Positions 22,143 to 32,533 of a stretch of 64,000 bases of DNA are shown piece after piece (within the stretch, counting starts at the first letter, position 1; the number at the start of each line of letters is the position of its first letter). The notes beneath the pieces are model-generated. The model was not told the DNA's origin and made no database searches. It worked only from the letters and a program-made list of their open reading frames with translations. This stretch comes from Rhodospirillales bacterium (GTDB lineage: Bacteria > Pseudomonadota > Alphaproteobacteria > Bin95), in contig JAYQLI010000035.1 of the NCBI GenBank assembly GCA_038143065.1, positions 2,464,894 to 2,528,893 of the forward strand. Direction: 5' to 3'. The position numbers and the translations under genes were made by a program.

Positions 22143-23375
22143 ATTGTTATCCCTGATTTGATCCAGCACTGGTATCAAGTATTCACGAAATAAGTCTGGG
22201 TTCTCTGACATTGGGAAATGGCCCATGCCGCGCATTACTTCAAAATGTGCTGCTCCAATGAGGTCTGCAACTTCCTTTCCCATCTCTGGTGTAGCAGACG
22301 GATCATACTCACCAGAGAGTAGATAGATCGGGCAAGATGAGGTCGCGTAATGGTTCGGCAAGGCCGTTTCGAAGGTCGCCATCTCTGAAATAATACTGTA
22401 CGTCGCCGTGGAAGATGCCAGGTCCACTTTGCATATAGTGCCACATCGTTTCCCATCGTTCGGAGGCTGGCGATTGAGGCGCGATCATTCCTGCCATTGA
22501 TGCGCCTGATAGCATCCCTCCATGAATATCAGGACGGTGCAGAGCTCGTTCTGGTGGGGTAGGACCTAAGCTAATGTCCTCGGCATACAGTGCAGACTGT
22601 AGGCCTATTGCAGCTCTAAACTTTTCGCTGTGGCGTAAGGCAAGGTGAAGTACAACACGCCCGCCAATGGAACATCCCATAACAATTGGTTTGTCTAGCT
22701 TCATCGCTTTAACAAAAGCCATTATTACTGCCACATAGCTGTCCGTGGTGAGTTCGTATACCTCGTTCTGAAAACCAACCGGTGGGGAAGACTTTCCGTG
22801 CCATGGCAAGTCAAAAGCTATTACACGATGGCGACTAGTTATTACTGGATCGTTTAAAATATGGCGAAATTGCCGTCCATCACTACCAGCCGTATGCAAA
22901 CAAAGTAGAGGGTGCCCAGAACCGGCTTCTTCAAAGTACACGCGGTGAGGAATTCCTTGAATGTCCAAACGAAGATAACGTCCTGTTACGGGTTCTAGGC
23001 CTGCTTGTGCAGGTCTGGGTTCCTGTGCGCCTGCATCGAGCCGGGAAAATAACATCTCCAGCAGCAGCATTTGCTGAAAAAAAAGACCAACATCACCTCC
23101 GACGGTCATATGCTGTCTACGACGCATCGTTGATAGTGTTTGGAAACCTGGTCCAGGTTCATCAGATAGAAAGGCAGCCCAAGTGTCTCTGTCGGCGATC
23201 AGGGAAAAGTTTGTTTTTTCAAGTGGAGGTACCTGGGATAGCTGTAGCTGTCCATTTTTTACTTTGACATAGGTTGTGTCTTCATCAGCTAAGACTGAAA
23301 AGAGAAAGACGAAAGGGATAATAAAAGTTGGATGTGGGGATTTGCTCTTGCTTTTTCTTCTAAGTACGCAAACAC
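22131..23375 (-). CDS. Alpha/beta hydrolase with N-terminal SCP2-like domain (indels near 23297 and 22340)
   Basis: LHTAG, GCSIGG nucleophile elbow, GEYD, GHF; likely GTG start at 23375 after AGGAGG. Confidence 0.82.
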
Positions 23376-23555
23376 GACTTCCAACCTCCTGCAGTGGAAG
23401 ACGAATAATAAACGTCTGTGCTTCTTCTGTCTCCGGTGATTTGAGGGAGGTGGGCATATAGCGCGATTTAGACCCAAGTTGTTTTTGGAGATCTAAATTT
23501 AAATTGGAACAAAGAATATCGAATAGGTGTCACTAAAAATAGCGGGTTATTTTAT

Positions 23556-24505
23556 TTAAAAACCCTGAGCGGCTGGAGCGTCTGGATTATGAATTGGCAC
23601 CAAAGACTTTAGGTATTCAACGACGGCAGCTACATCCTCATTATCCAGCTTGGAAGTTCCATGTTCGATAACTTCGTACATGATGGAGCCAACAACATCG
23701 CCATTGATTTTCAAGCCAGTGGTGAGAAGGAAGGAAATATCTTCGGAGCTCCATTCTCCTAAGCCCGTTTCGGATCCTGAGTTAAGTTAGGAGCGGTTTC
23801 ACCTTCGGGACCATTTTTAACTCCTGCCATCCACATAGACATGTCCAAGCCGCCCGAGAGAACACGAGGAGTATGGCATTCGCCACAATGAGCAACGGCC
23901 TCCGAGATGTAGGCCCCACGGTTCCACTGACTGCTGCGGTCGAATTTAGGCTCGTAACTGCCTGATGTGAAATGCAGTAACTTCCAAAAACCAATGCCCC
24001 ACCGCTGGTTAAATGGAAAATTTATAGAGTGTTTTTTGTTCGGCGTTTTATAAGGCGGCCGCGCCATTATTGCTTTTTGGATTGCTAACATGTCTGCATC
24101 TGTCATGCGCGTATATGCTGCGTATGGGAATGCAGGAAAATAGTGTTCGCCATCAGGGCTCTGTCCGTGCCTAAGGGCACGTATAAAGTCTTCATTCGAC
24201 CATGCACCGATACCATGTTCACGATCGCTTGAGATATTTGGCGCAATGAAGATACCAAAAGGTGTTTTGAGTTCACGACCTCCGGCGAGTTGTGCTTCTT
24301 TTGTTTTGGGATCGGTATGGCAATTTACACATCCAGCCAGACCCAAAAGAAATTCGCCATGCTCTTTTGAGACTAGAGATGTATCTGTGGGGTAGTTGAT
24401 TTTGACATTCTTGGGGAAATCTATGGCTACAAAGATAAAAATACCCAGCACACCGAGTATGATCGTCAAAAACCCTCTGCGCGCTATTCTCCCCATCTTT
24501 ATCAC
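23556..24505 (-). CDS. Membrane-anchored diheme cytochrome c (gluconate 2-dehydrogenase cytochrome subunit family), indel near 23770
   Basis: CVNCH and CGECH, APNIS..GIG.WS, YFPAFPY; continues GLGEWS...YLKSL in another frame. Confidence 0.88.
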
Positions 24506-24524
24506 CGTTGGAAGCTAATTGGCA

Positions 24525-25379
24525 TTAGGACTCCGTATCCTGGCCTAACCCCAGCATACGGCAAATGGCAGTGGTGAGTTCGGCACGGTTAAGAGTGTAA
24601 AAATGGAATGCATGCACTCCCTCTCGTTCTAACTCTTTGCATTGTTCCACAGCCATCGCAGCTGCGATTCCTGAGCGTGTTTCTACGTCTTCATCTAAGC
24701 CTTCAAAACGCTGAGAAACCCATTTTGGAACTGTTGCGCCGCAGCGGCTAGCGAAAGCCACCATAGATTTGAAGTTAGTTACTGGAAGAATTCCTGGAAT
24801 AATTGGCATCTCTAACTTAGCAGCAGCCATTTTGTCACGATAATGAAGAAAATCCTTGGTCTCGAAAAAGAACTGAGTGATCGCCCGTGTGGCGCCTGCA
24901 TCAAATTTCCGTTTTAGGTTGTCAATTTCAGTCGCTAGGTCGCGAGCTTCAGGATGAGTTTCGGGGTAGGCCGCTACTGAAATTTCAAAGTCATGAAGTT
25001 TTTTCAGTCCAGTGACCAAATCTGATGCGTAGGCGTAGCCGTTAGCCGTTGGTTGATACGCTTGTCCAGGTTCGGGCATATCACCTCTGAGTGCTACGAT
25101 ATGCCGGACGCCCATGGCCCAGTAATCATTTGCTATCTCGTCAACTTCCAAGCTAGTTGCGGACACGCAGGTTAAATGAGCTGCGGCGGTAAGAGACGTC
25201 TCCTGAGTGATTTTGCGCACCGTTTCATGCGTGCGCTCGCGAGTGGTTCCTCCAGCGCCATAAGTTACTGAAACAAACGAGGGTTTAAATGGAGTTAATC
25301 TCTGGACTGATTGCCAAAGCGTTGAGGCCATTCGTTCAGTTTTTGGGGGGAAGAATTCAAAGCTAACAGTTGGTAACAT
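24525..25379 (-). CDS. metF: 5,10-methylenetetrahydrofolate reductase
   Basis: SFEFFPPK, VTYGAGG, ALRGD, AYPETH, ITQFFF, HFYTLN. Confidence 0.97.
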   Translation of the reverse strand: MLPTVSFEFFPPKTERMASTLWQSVQRLTPFKPSFVSVTYGAGGTTRERTHETVRKITQETSLTAAAHLTCVSATSLEVDEIANDYWAMGVRHIVALRGDMPEPGQAYQPTANGYAYASDLVTGLKKLHDFEISVAAYPETHPEARDLATEIDNLKRKFDAGATRAITQFFFETKDFLHYRDKMAAAKLEMPIIPGILPVTNFKSMVAFASRCGATVPKWVSQRFEGLDEDVETRSGIAAAMAVEQCKELEREGVHAFHFYTLNRAELTTAICRMLGLGQDTES

Positions 25380-25387
25380 TTCTTATC

Positions 25388-26338
25388 CTAAGACATCTGA
25401 ATGCCAGATAGGTCTGGTTTTCGAACAAGCCAGATACAGACGGTTAATGGTTCGCCGGGTAAACTTTCTTCGCCAAAAATTTCCAAGCCAGCATCATCAG
25501 TCCATCGTGTAACTTCAGAGGATGCAAAACCCAGGCGTCTATGGGCGTGGTTATGTCTTAAATGGTCGAGAGTATGTGGAGCAAAGTCTACTAGAATTGC
25601 TTCCCCTCCAGGTTTTAGTAGGCGTGCTACTTCCCCAATTGCTTTTGCCGGATTGTCTAAGAAGTGAAGAACTTGATGAGCCGTTATTAGATCGAAGTTT
25701 TCATCATCAAAAGGGGCTGAGTAGAGATCCCCATGTCTTACACTGCAATGTGTTAATCCTGCCGCAGCAATTCTATCGCGTGCTAGGGATAGCATGTCTC
25801 GACTAATATCTAGACCAGCAGCGCGAGAAGCATAAGGGGCAAAGAGTTCTAATATTCGTCCTGCTCCAACGCCAATATCAAGATAATCATCGACAGGCGT
25901 TTTGGGTGCAAGCCGCAGGAGACGTGCCTCCAGTTCTGCCTCGTCAACATGCAGAGAGCGAATGGCATCCCACATTTTGGCGTTTGCTTTAAAGTAGGCT
26001 TCAGCCTCCGTTGCTCTTTGGGAACGGATGTCGGCTAAACGTTCCGCATCACGCCTAAGCACATGTTCATCAGAGTTGGTTGAATTTATTAGCCACTTTG
26101 CCAAGCGCCCTGCTTCACCAGAGTCTGCCAGCCTGTGGAATACCCATGCGCCCTCTCTAAATCGAAATAGGAGACCAGACTCAGAGAGGATTTTGAGATG
26201 CCGAGACACCGCCGGCTGCGTCATGCCAAGAATTTCTGTGATTTCTGTTACGGTCAATTCGCCTTCTGCACAAAGAGCTAACATGCGTAATCGGGTAGCT
26301 TCTGCAGCGGCACGCAACATTGTGATGAGGTGGTTCAA
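25388..26338 (-). CDS. sahR: ArsR-HTH plus SAM-methyltransferase domain regulator (SahR type)
   Basis: ArsR HTH (QPAVSRHLK, REGAW), DIGVGAG, HRRLGF; directly upstream of metF; TTG start inferred. Confidence 0.85.
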   Translation of the reverse strand: MNHLITMLRAAAEATRLRMLALCAEGELTVTEITEILGMTQPAVSRHLKILSESGLLFRFREGAWVFHRLADSGEAGRLAKWLINSTNSDEHVLRRDAERLADIRSQRATEAEAYFKANAKMWDAIRSLHVDEAELEARLLRLAPKTPVDDYLDIGVGAGRILELFAPYASRAAGLDISRDMLSLARDRIAAAGLTHCSVRHGDLYSAPFDDENFDLITAHQVLHFLDNPAKAIGEVARLLKPGGEAILVDFAPHTLDHLRHNHAHRRLGFASSEVTRWTDDAGLEIFGEESLPGEPLTVCIWLVRKPDLSGIQMS

Positions 26339-26365
26339 AAGAAACTCGCATGGGGATAAAATTAG

Positions 26366-26385
26366 ATATGCAGATATTTGCATAT
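26366..26385. promoter_or_regulatory. Probable SahR operator
   Basis: Near-perfect 20-bp palindrome ATATGCAGATATTTGCATAT about 30 bp upstream of sahR-metF. Confidence 0.7.
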
Positions 26386-26544
26386 TGTTAAATGTATATA
26401 AATTCGCAACTTAGACATCAATGTTTGAATTAAAGGTGCGTCACCTTTGCGTTCGACAAGGTGTGTCAGCAAATCCGATACTATTGGCGATTGGGGTAGC
26501 ATTCGTTAAACAAGAACTGGTCACTAGTGAGGTAACCCGGACTA

Positions 26545-27321
26545 ATGAATTTGAAGGCTGCTGGAAGAGTAGGTAAGGCTTGCTTAGCTGCTTTGACAAT
26601 CTTCATGATGGCTGGATGCGCTTCGCTGTCTGAGGACCAAGCAGACCGTGCCGAGACCTTAACCGTAAATGATCCTTTTGAGCCTGCTAACCGGGTCATG
26701 TTCGCCGTTAACAATATTATAGACACAGTGTTGCTGCGACCTATTGCGATAGCGTATCGCGAAATCGTTCCAGGTCCTGCCAAAAAAATAGTGTTCAATT
26801 TTGTTCGCAACTTATCGTTGCCTCTCACAATTATTAATGATGCCTTACAAGGTAATTGGGACAGAGCCGATGTCGCGACTAGACGCTTTGTCGTTAACAC
26901 AACCGCAGGTATCGGTGGCTTGTTCGACATAGCGACAGATATAGATTTGCCTCACCATAAAGAGGATTTTGGACAGACTTTCGGTACTTACGATATCGTT
27001 CCAGGGCCTTATATCGTCCTCCCTATTTTGGGTCCTTCCTCTGCCCGACATACATTTGGGCGAGTTCTGGACTTCCTTCTCGATCCAGTATCATTTGCTT
27101 CTGCAAGTGCCCCCTTCGAAGCCAGGATGACGGTAAGGGGATTGACAATTGTCGACCAAAGGTACCAGTTATTGGGACCTTTGGACGACGTGAAGAGAAC
27201 TTCTCTTGATTATTATGCAGCTTTGCGATCGCTCTACCGTCAGCGGCGGACATACGAAATACGGAATCAGGACCAAAGACCACCAGGCGGCGGTCCGCCT
27301 TCTCGTCCGGCTGCGCAATAG
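26545..27321 (+). CDS. mlaA: MlaA/VacJ lipoprotein
   Basis: Lipobox MAGC, DPFEPANR, EDFGQT, LPILGPS. Confidence 0.93.
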   Translation: MNLKAAGRVGKACLAALTIFMMAGCASLSEDQADRAETLTVNDPFEPANRVMFAVNNIIDTVLLRPIAIAYREIVPGPAKKIVFNFVRNLSLPLTIINDALQGNWDRADVATRRFVVNTTAGIGGLFDIATDIDLPHHKEDFGQTFGTYDIVPGPYIVLPILGPSSARHTFGRVLDFLLDPVSFASASAPFEARMTVRGLTIVDQRYQLLGPLDDVKRTSLDYYAALRSLYRQRRTYEIRNQDQRPPGGGPPSRPAAQ

Positions 27322-27328
27322 GTTAGTA

Positions 27329-27919
27329 ATGGTTAAGCGGTTTTCTTTTATCGTTGCAATTGCATGCTGGGCGATCCTGCCGTCGCTTGCGAGTGCAGGC
27401 CCAGCTTATGATTTAGTTAATGCCCTCGCCAGCAACTCAACGCCAGTCTTAAACAGTCGTGAGCTATCAAAACCGGTTCGGACTGAGAGGTTGCAAGGAC
27501 TCATGGAAGGCTTGGTAGACCGCGAGCAAATGGCTGTCTCAATGATGGGCAGACATTGGCGCCGTGCTAACCAGAGTCAAAAATCTGAGTTACCAATTCT
27601 TCTCGAAGCCTACCTCATTGATGTTTACGTTAGCCGTATCGAATCGGTAAACGGCACAGTGAGTTTTTCAATCCAGGGTGAACGAGATTTAGGTAAGAGA
27701 ACCTTGGTTGATACACAGGTAGTTCGTCCAAACGCTCCCAACATTGATGTGTCCTGGCAAATTGAGGCCATCGGTGGGAAACCAGTTATCACTGATATAA
27801 TAATTGAGGGTGTGAGTTTAGTCGTGAGCCAACGAGCAGACTTTTCGAGCATCATTCGTCAGCAAGGCGGTTTAGACGGACTTATTGGACTTTTGCGTCA
27901 AAAGCTGGCCTCTAATTGA
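27329..27919 (+). CDS. mlaC: MlaC/Ttg2D phospholipid-binding protein
   Basis: Signal peptide, MG.HWR.A, DIIIEGVSL...R.DF; follows mlaA. Confidence 0.88.
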   Translation: MVKRFSFIVAIACWAILPSLASAGPAYDLVNALASNSTPVLNSRELSKPVRTERLQGLMEGLVDREQMAVSMMGRHWRRANQSQKSELPILLEAYLIDVYVSRIESVNGTVSFSIQGERDLGKRTLVDTQVVRPNAPNIDVSWQIEAIGGKPVITDIIIEGVSLVVSQRADFSSIIRQQGGLDGLIGLLRQKLASN

Positions 27920-27991
27920 ATTATACCGTGAAGGGCTAAATATTTTATCTAGATGGCCTAACGGGATCTCCCAGATACGGATCATAAACTG

Positions 27992-29050
27992 ATGGTTGCC
28001 CCTATTAGCACAACCTCCGACTGGCTTACTCATGAAGGGATGATCATTGATGCTCGGAGCCCATCGGAGTTCAAGGATGATCATGTTACGGGCGCAGTAA
28101 ATCTACCTGTTCTCTATGATGATGAGCGAGCAGATGTTGGACGTATTTACAAGCAGGTCAGCCCGTTTGAGGCCCGTAAGCTTGGCGCTCGCCTGGCAGC
28201 TATAAATATTGCACGCCATATCGAAACAACACTCAGTCAGTATGATAAAAGCTGGCGTCCTCTGATCTATTGCTGGCGTGGCGGCCAGAGATCTGGCTCA
28301 ATGGCTAGAATTCTGGCTGAGATTGGATGGCTCGTAACAGTATTGGATGGAGGATATAAAAGATATCGACGGGATGTTGTGGATTCTATCGAGGAAATAT
28401 CATCAAAACTTGATGTGATTATACTTCAAGGACCTACTGGGACGGCAAAAACCCAAATTCTTCGTGAAGTTATGGCCTCAGGACATCAGGCTATCGACCT
28501 GGAGGGACTTTCGAGACATCGTGGTTCTCTCCTTGGCCATGAACCAGGACACCCTCAACCCAGCCAGCGATTGTTTGAAACTAGCCTTAACCAAGTCATG
28601 TTGAAGTTAGATCCCAGCAGACCCGTGCTTATTGAGGCCGAAAGTAGCCGTATTGGATCCTGCCACATCCCCTGGGTGCTCTGGCAAAGGATGCAAAAAG
28701 CCCCGCAAATCCGAATTAATGCGTCGCTTGACGCTAGAGTTGATTTCCTAATTCGTGATTATGCGCATCTAATAGAAAATCCCTCAACACTGAACCGTCT
28801 TTTCGACAGCATGATACAGAGACACGGTCATGAAATCTGTGAAAACTGGCGCCAACTTGCTCTTAACAGGGATTGGCAGCAGCTGACAGGATTGCTTATT
28901 GAGCAGCACTATGACCCGGCTTATGCAAGGACGAGTGCAAGACGCGAAAGGGCTGATCTTGGCTTTATAGATGCTGGTAACCTTAGCGATCCAGCCATTC
29001 CAGAATTGGCAAGGCAAGTGACGAAATTGATGGAAATACCCCAACAATAA
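27992..29050 (+). CDS. selU: tRNA 2-selenouridine synthase
   Basis: IDARSPSEF rhodanese domain, YCWRGGQRS, P-loop GPTGTAKT, DLEGL..HRGS, EAES. Confidence 0.95.
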   Translation: MVAPISTTSDWLTHEGMIIDARSPSEFKDDHVTGAVNLPVLYDDERADVGRIYKQVSPFEARKLGARLAAINIARHIETTLSQYDKSWRPLIYCWRGGQRSGSMARILAEIGWLVTVLDGGYKRYRRDVVDSIEEISSKLDVIILQGPTGTAKTQILREVMASGHQAIDLEGLSRHRGSLLGHEPGHPQPSQRLFETSLNQVMLKLDPSRPVLIEAESSRIGSCHIPWVLWQRMQKAPQIRINASLDARVDFLIRDYAHLIENPSTLNRLFDSMIQRHGHEICENWRQLALNRDWQQLTGLLIEQHYDPAYARTSARRERADLGFIDAGNLSDPAIPELARQVTKLMEIPQQ

Positions 29051-29174
29051 AAAATACTTTTTTGTGTCATCTGCCCACCACTTGTCTGAGATAACATTCC
29101 TGCCTTCACCGGCAGCTAAGCGATAGAACACCCAATTTCTTCCAGCCTGGCCGTTCGTTGTCCAATTATAGATT

Positions 29175-30873
29175 TTACTGTGTCTTTAATTGTGTGACTT
29201 TTCCATTTTGTACTTCAAAAAGACAATCTGCTATTGCGGTCCAAGCTGGCCGGTGCGTGATTGCGATAATAGTGTATTTTCCCTGCAGCGTTTGGATGTT
29301 TTTCACGATCGCTGCCTCGGTTTGTGGGTCGAGCGCACTAGTCACTTCATCTAAAATTAAGACTTCCGGTTCAGTAGCCAATGCGCGGGCAATAGAGATA
29401 CGTTGCCTCTGACCCCCGGAGAGTTTTCCACCAGTTTCTCCAACTACAGAATTGAGTCCCTTAGATTGCCCTTCAACAAATGCCCGAGCGCTAACTTGGT
29501 CTAGGGCAGTCCATATCGCTTCATCTGAAATTTCTGGATCGCCTAGAGATATATTTTCTCTAATGCTGGTGTGTAAAAGAGTAAGTTCCTGCGGAACATA
29601 GCCAATTTTTTTTCGCCATTCCTGAATATCAATATTTTCTATTGATGTGTTACCAATCAGGACTTGACCGCTGTCAGCCTTATAAAGACCGATTAACAAA
29701 TCAAGAATTGTAGTTTTTCCTGCTCCAGAGGGGCCCATGAAAACTGTAATTTTTCCAGAAGGTATGGTGAGAGAAAGATCATTTACTACAAGATGGTCAC
29801 CATGGCTGAAGCGCACATTTTGAAATCTAAAATCGCGATTGGTCTGAGGTAAGGTTTTTCCAGCCCAGTCTTCGTGGTTTGCATCAGCTTCCGCAATCAA
29901 CTCTTCTGATCGCAAATATGCACTTTCTAATTGCACCGAATTCTGTAAAAAGCGCTGAAGTTTTTTGTAAGATTGAAATCAGTTGGAAAAATACGATGCC
30001 TGAAACTATCAGCTCTGGTAAGGGCACCGCCCAAATATTGTGAGCCATATAAATTGCCAAAGCGATGACAATAACAATTAAAACATCGCCTCCCTGAAGC
30101 ATTCCTTGCTTAGCAATTTCTCTTTTTACCAATGAGCGCTGCAGCCTGCTGAGTGCATGGGTCATGGCGTCAAGAGAAACCCGCCACCGGTCCATGGTTT
30201 TGAGCGGTTTAATATTGCTTAGCATGTCCACCGTATGGATAGTTAGGTCAGCCGTTCGTCCGGTTTGTCGGTCGCCGGCTTTACGGGACATAGTCACTAG
30301 GCCCCCAAGAGTGCACGTTACAATGGCACCGCACGCGATGCCTCCTAGAGCTAATTTCCAATCAACCATCAACGCTACAGTCATGTAGCCAAGTGCTTGA
30401 ACACTGTACGCAACGACGCGAGCTGCATGCACATATGCGTCACCAGCACGACCTGCATCATTTGCGACCGTATTTGCAAAACGACCACGACTTTGGTCGG
30501 AGTAAAATGTCCAGCGTGCGCTAAATATGGCAGCAATCAAACGCCGCCGAAGGTCAGTTGCTACTCGGGCGGCTGCTATCCCTGCATAGGTAAGGGCGAA
30601 GAAAGATAGGCAACCCTTCACAAGCATAAATATGCATACAAAACTGAGCATAACGCCCAGAGTTGGATTTAAGCCAACCCTTAAGATAAACTCTCTAACA
30701 ACTGCATTCAGGCCCGAAGAATTATCAGTTTCACCGCCGGACATGGAGGTAACGGCCGGCAGCAATGTTGAGATGCTGGCTATCTCAGCAATGCCCCCAA
30801 TAATTAGGCAGGCAAGAACCAGCCACGGATTGGTGTCGCGAGCAAAGAAAAAGATTTTGAAAACAGTGCGCAT
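29175..30873 (-). CDS. ABC exporter, fused permease/ATPase (indel near 29965)
   Basis: N-terminal TM domain; GPSGAGKT, LSGGQ, ILDE. Confidence 0.9.
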
Positions 30874-30939
30874 ATGTGCTCCAGCCCACTGTATCGTAAG
30901 CTTACGTTATCTACTGCTAGGTTAGCTTGCCCGTCAAAT

Positions 30940-31644
30940 TTAAACCAACAATTCGGCTAATTCTTTTAGATCGGTCACTATCAGGTCGGGCTGCTGAGGC
31001 CAGTCCCCAAAGGGGCGCTTGCGCCTATCAATAAATGCTGAACGCATCCCAAAAGACTTCGCACCGACACAGTCAAAAGCATGGTTTGCAACAAAAAGTA
31101 TGCTTGAGCGGTCTACGCCTAAGATTTCTGTAGCGGTGCAGTAAGTTTTCCAATGCGGTTTAAAATAACCAGCCTCTTGGACGGAAATCACATTGTCAAA
31201 AGGAATGCCTATATGAGGTTTTGCTGCTTCCAGCATGTCTCTATCGCCATTCGAAAGAATAGCTAACTTATAGCACTTTTGTAGTCGAGACAGGGCGGAT
31301 TTTGCATCTGCAAATGGCTTTAATTTTTCTATGAGTCCCACAAGCCAACAAACTTCTTCTTGGGTATAAACAACACCAGCTCTATCCATGACGTGACTTA
31401 CTGCTCTATGGCCAATTTCTCGGTAAGGTGTGTGCCCACGATCACAAAGTGCGTCGATCATCGAGTTTTCGAAATGTGTCCTCCGCCACCAAGTTACGAA
31501 ACTATTAGGTTTTCCAGCCCAGCCTTTTGACTTCAGAAAAGGGGTAACAGCCTCTGTAAGGCCTGTTTGCATATCAACGACTGTTCCATAAAGGTCGAAA
31601 ACTAAATAATGGATTTCACGCTTAAGGATTGCGGCGTCTGTCAT
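30940..31644 (-). CDS. Haloacid dehalogenase type II-like HAD hydrolase
   Basis: FDLYGT nucleophile, LSNGD, FKP, ANHAFD. Confidence 0.85.
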   Translation of the reverse strand: MTDAAILKREIHYLVFDLYGTVVDMQTGLTEAVTPFLKSKGWAGKPNSFVTWWRRTHFENSMIDALCDRGHTPYREIGHRAVSHVMDRAGVVYTQEEVCWLVGLIEKLKPFADAKSALSRLQKCYKLAILSNGDRDMLEAAKPHIGIPFDNVISVQEAGYFKPHWKTYCTATEILGVDRSSILFVANHAFDCVGAKSFGMRSAFIDRRKRPFGDWPQQPDLIVTDLKELAELLV

Positions 31645-31680
31645 AAATATTCCTGCTGTAAAAGTTGGCTGGCTAGCGTC

Positions 31681-32520
31681 TTAAGAAATGAATTCTAATA
31701 TCAGGCCGCAGGCATTGTTGCGATTAACCCTGAGAGCGGAGCCGATACTGGTATAGGAAATTTTAGCCTGTTTTAAATATTTTTCTGTTTCTCCCAGGTC
31801 ATTAACGCCAATAGAAAGAACATGCCAGATTGGTCTTTCCATTGCGGGGTGTGCATCCAAATCGTTATGCGCCATGTTAATATTTTCATCGGTAGCTAAG
31901 CGAATAAAACCCCTGCCAGTATCAAGCTCAGCTCCAAATTCGGTTTCCTTTATTGATGCTGTGCCAAAAAGCTTAGACAATGCTTGTGCTGTTGCTGCAG
32001 GGTCGCTTACAAGGCCAGTGATACCAGCAAAGCGAATTGCGCCATTTGGGTGATCTATGAGGCGTGCATTACGCATTAGTTCTGGGGTTTTATGCCCACA
32101 AATAAAAATTGGCATGCCAGCAAGATCTTCTGGTTCCAGAAAAAGATTTCTAAACCTAACTATCCCATCAGGTTCTTTAGATGGTCTAGCAAGGTCAGTT
32201 GGTCCTTCAGTTCTAACACCCAAAGCTTCAATTTTTGTTTTAACTGCATCTGCGTCTGAGGTTCCAAGAGCAAGTCTATGTAGGCCTTCCCCTCTGGATT
32301 TTAGTTTCTGCTGTAGGCCCCCGTCTGGGTACTCTGGTTGATTGATTCCTAAGAGCTCCAGGTATGTATCTTGAAACATCAGGCAGTAGTTTGCTGTCGC
32401 ACGGTTTACATGATCACCTAGCGGCGCCGCCGTGAAGCCTAATTTCTCATAGATCCCGCGAGCTTTTTCCAAGTCATGGACAGCAATAATGCAATGATCT
32501 AGGCCTATAACTGGGTTCAT
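31681..32520 (-). CDS. VOC/glyoxalase-like protein
   Basis: LDHCIIAVHDL, LGF, TAN, YLEL, HPNGA. Confidence 0.85.
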   Translation of the reverse strand: MNPVIGLDHCIIAVHDLEKARGIYEKLGFTAAPLGDHVNRATANYCLMFQDTYLELLGINQPEYPDGGLQQKLKSRGEGLHRLALGTSDADAVKTKIEALGVRTEGPTDLARPSKEPDGIVRFRNLFLEPEDLAGMPIFICGHKTPELMRNARLIDHPNGAIRFAGITGLVSDPAATAQALSKLFGTASIKETEFGAELDTGRGFIRLATDENINMAHNDLDAHPAMERPIWHVLSIGVNDLGETEKYLKQAKISYTSIGSALRVNRNNACGLILEFIS

Positions 32521-32533
32521 ATACGGTCTCCGA

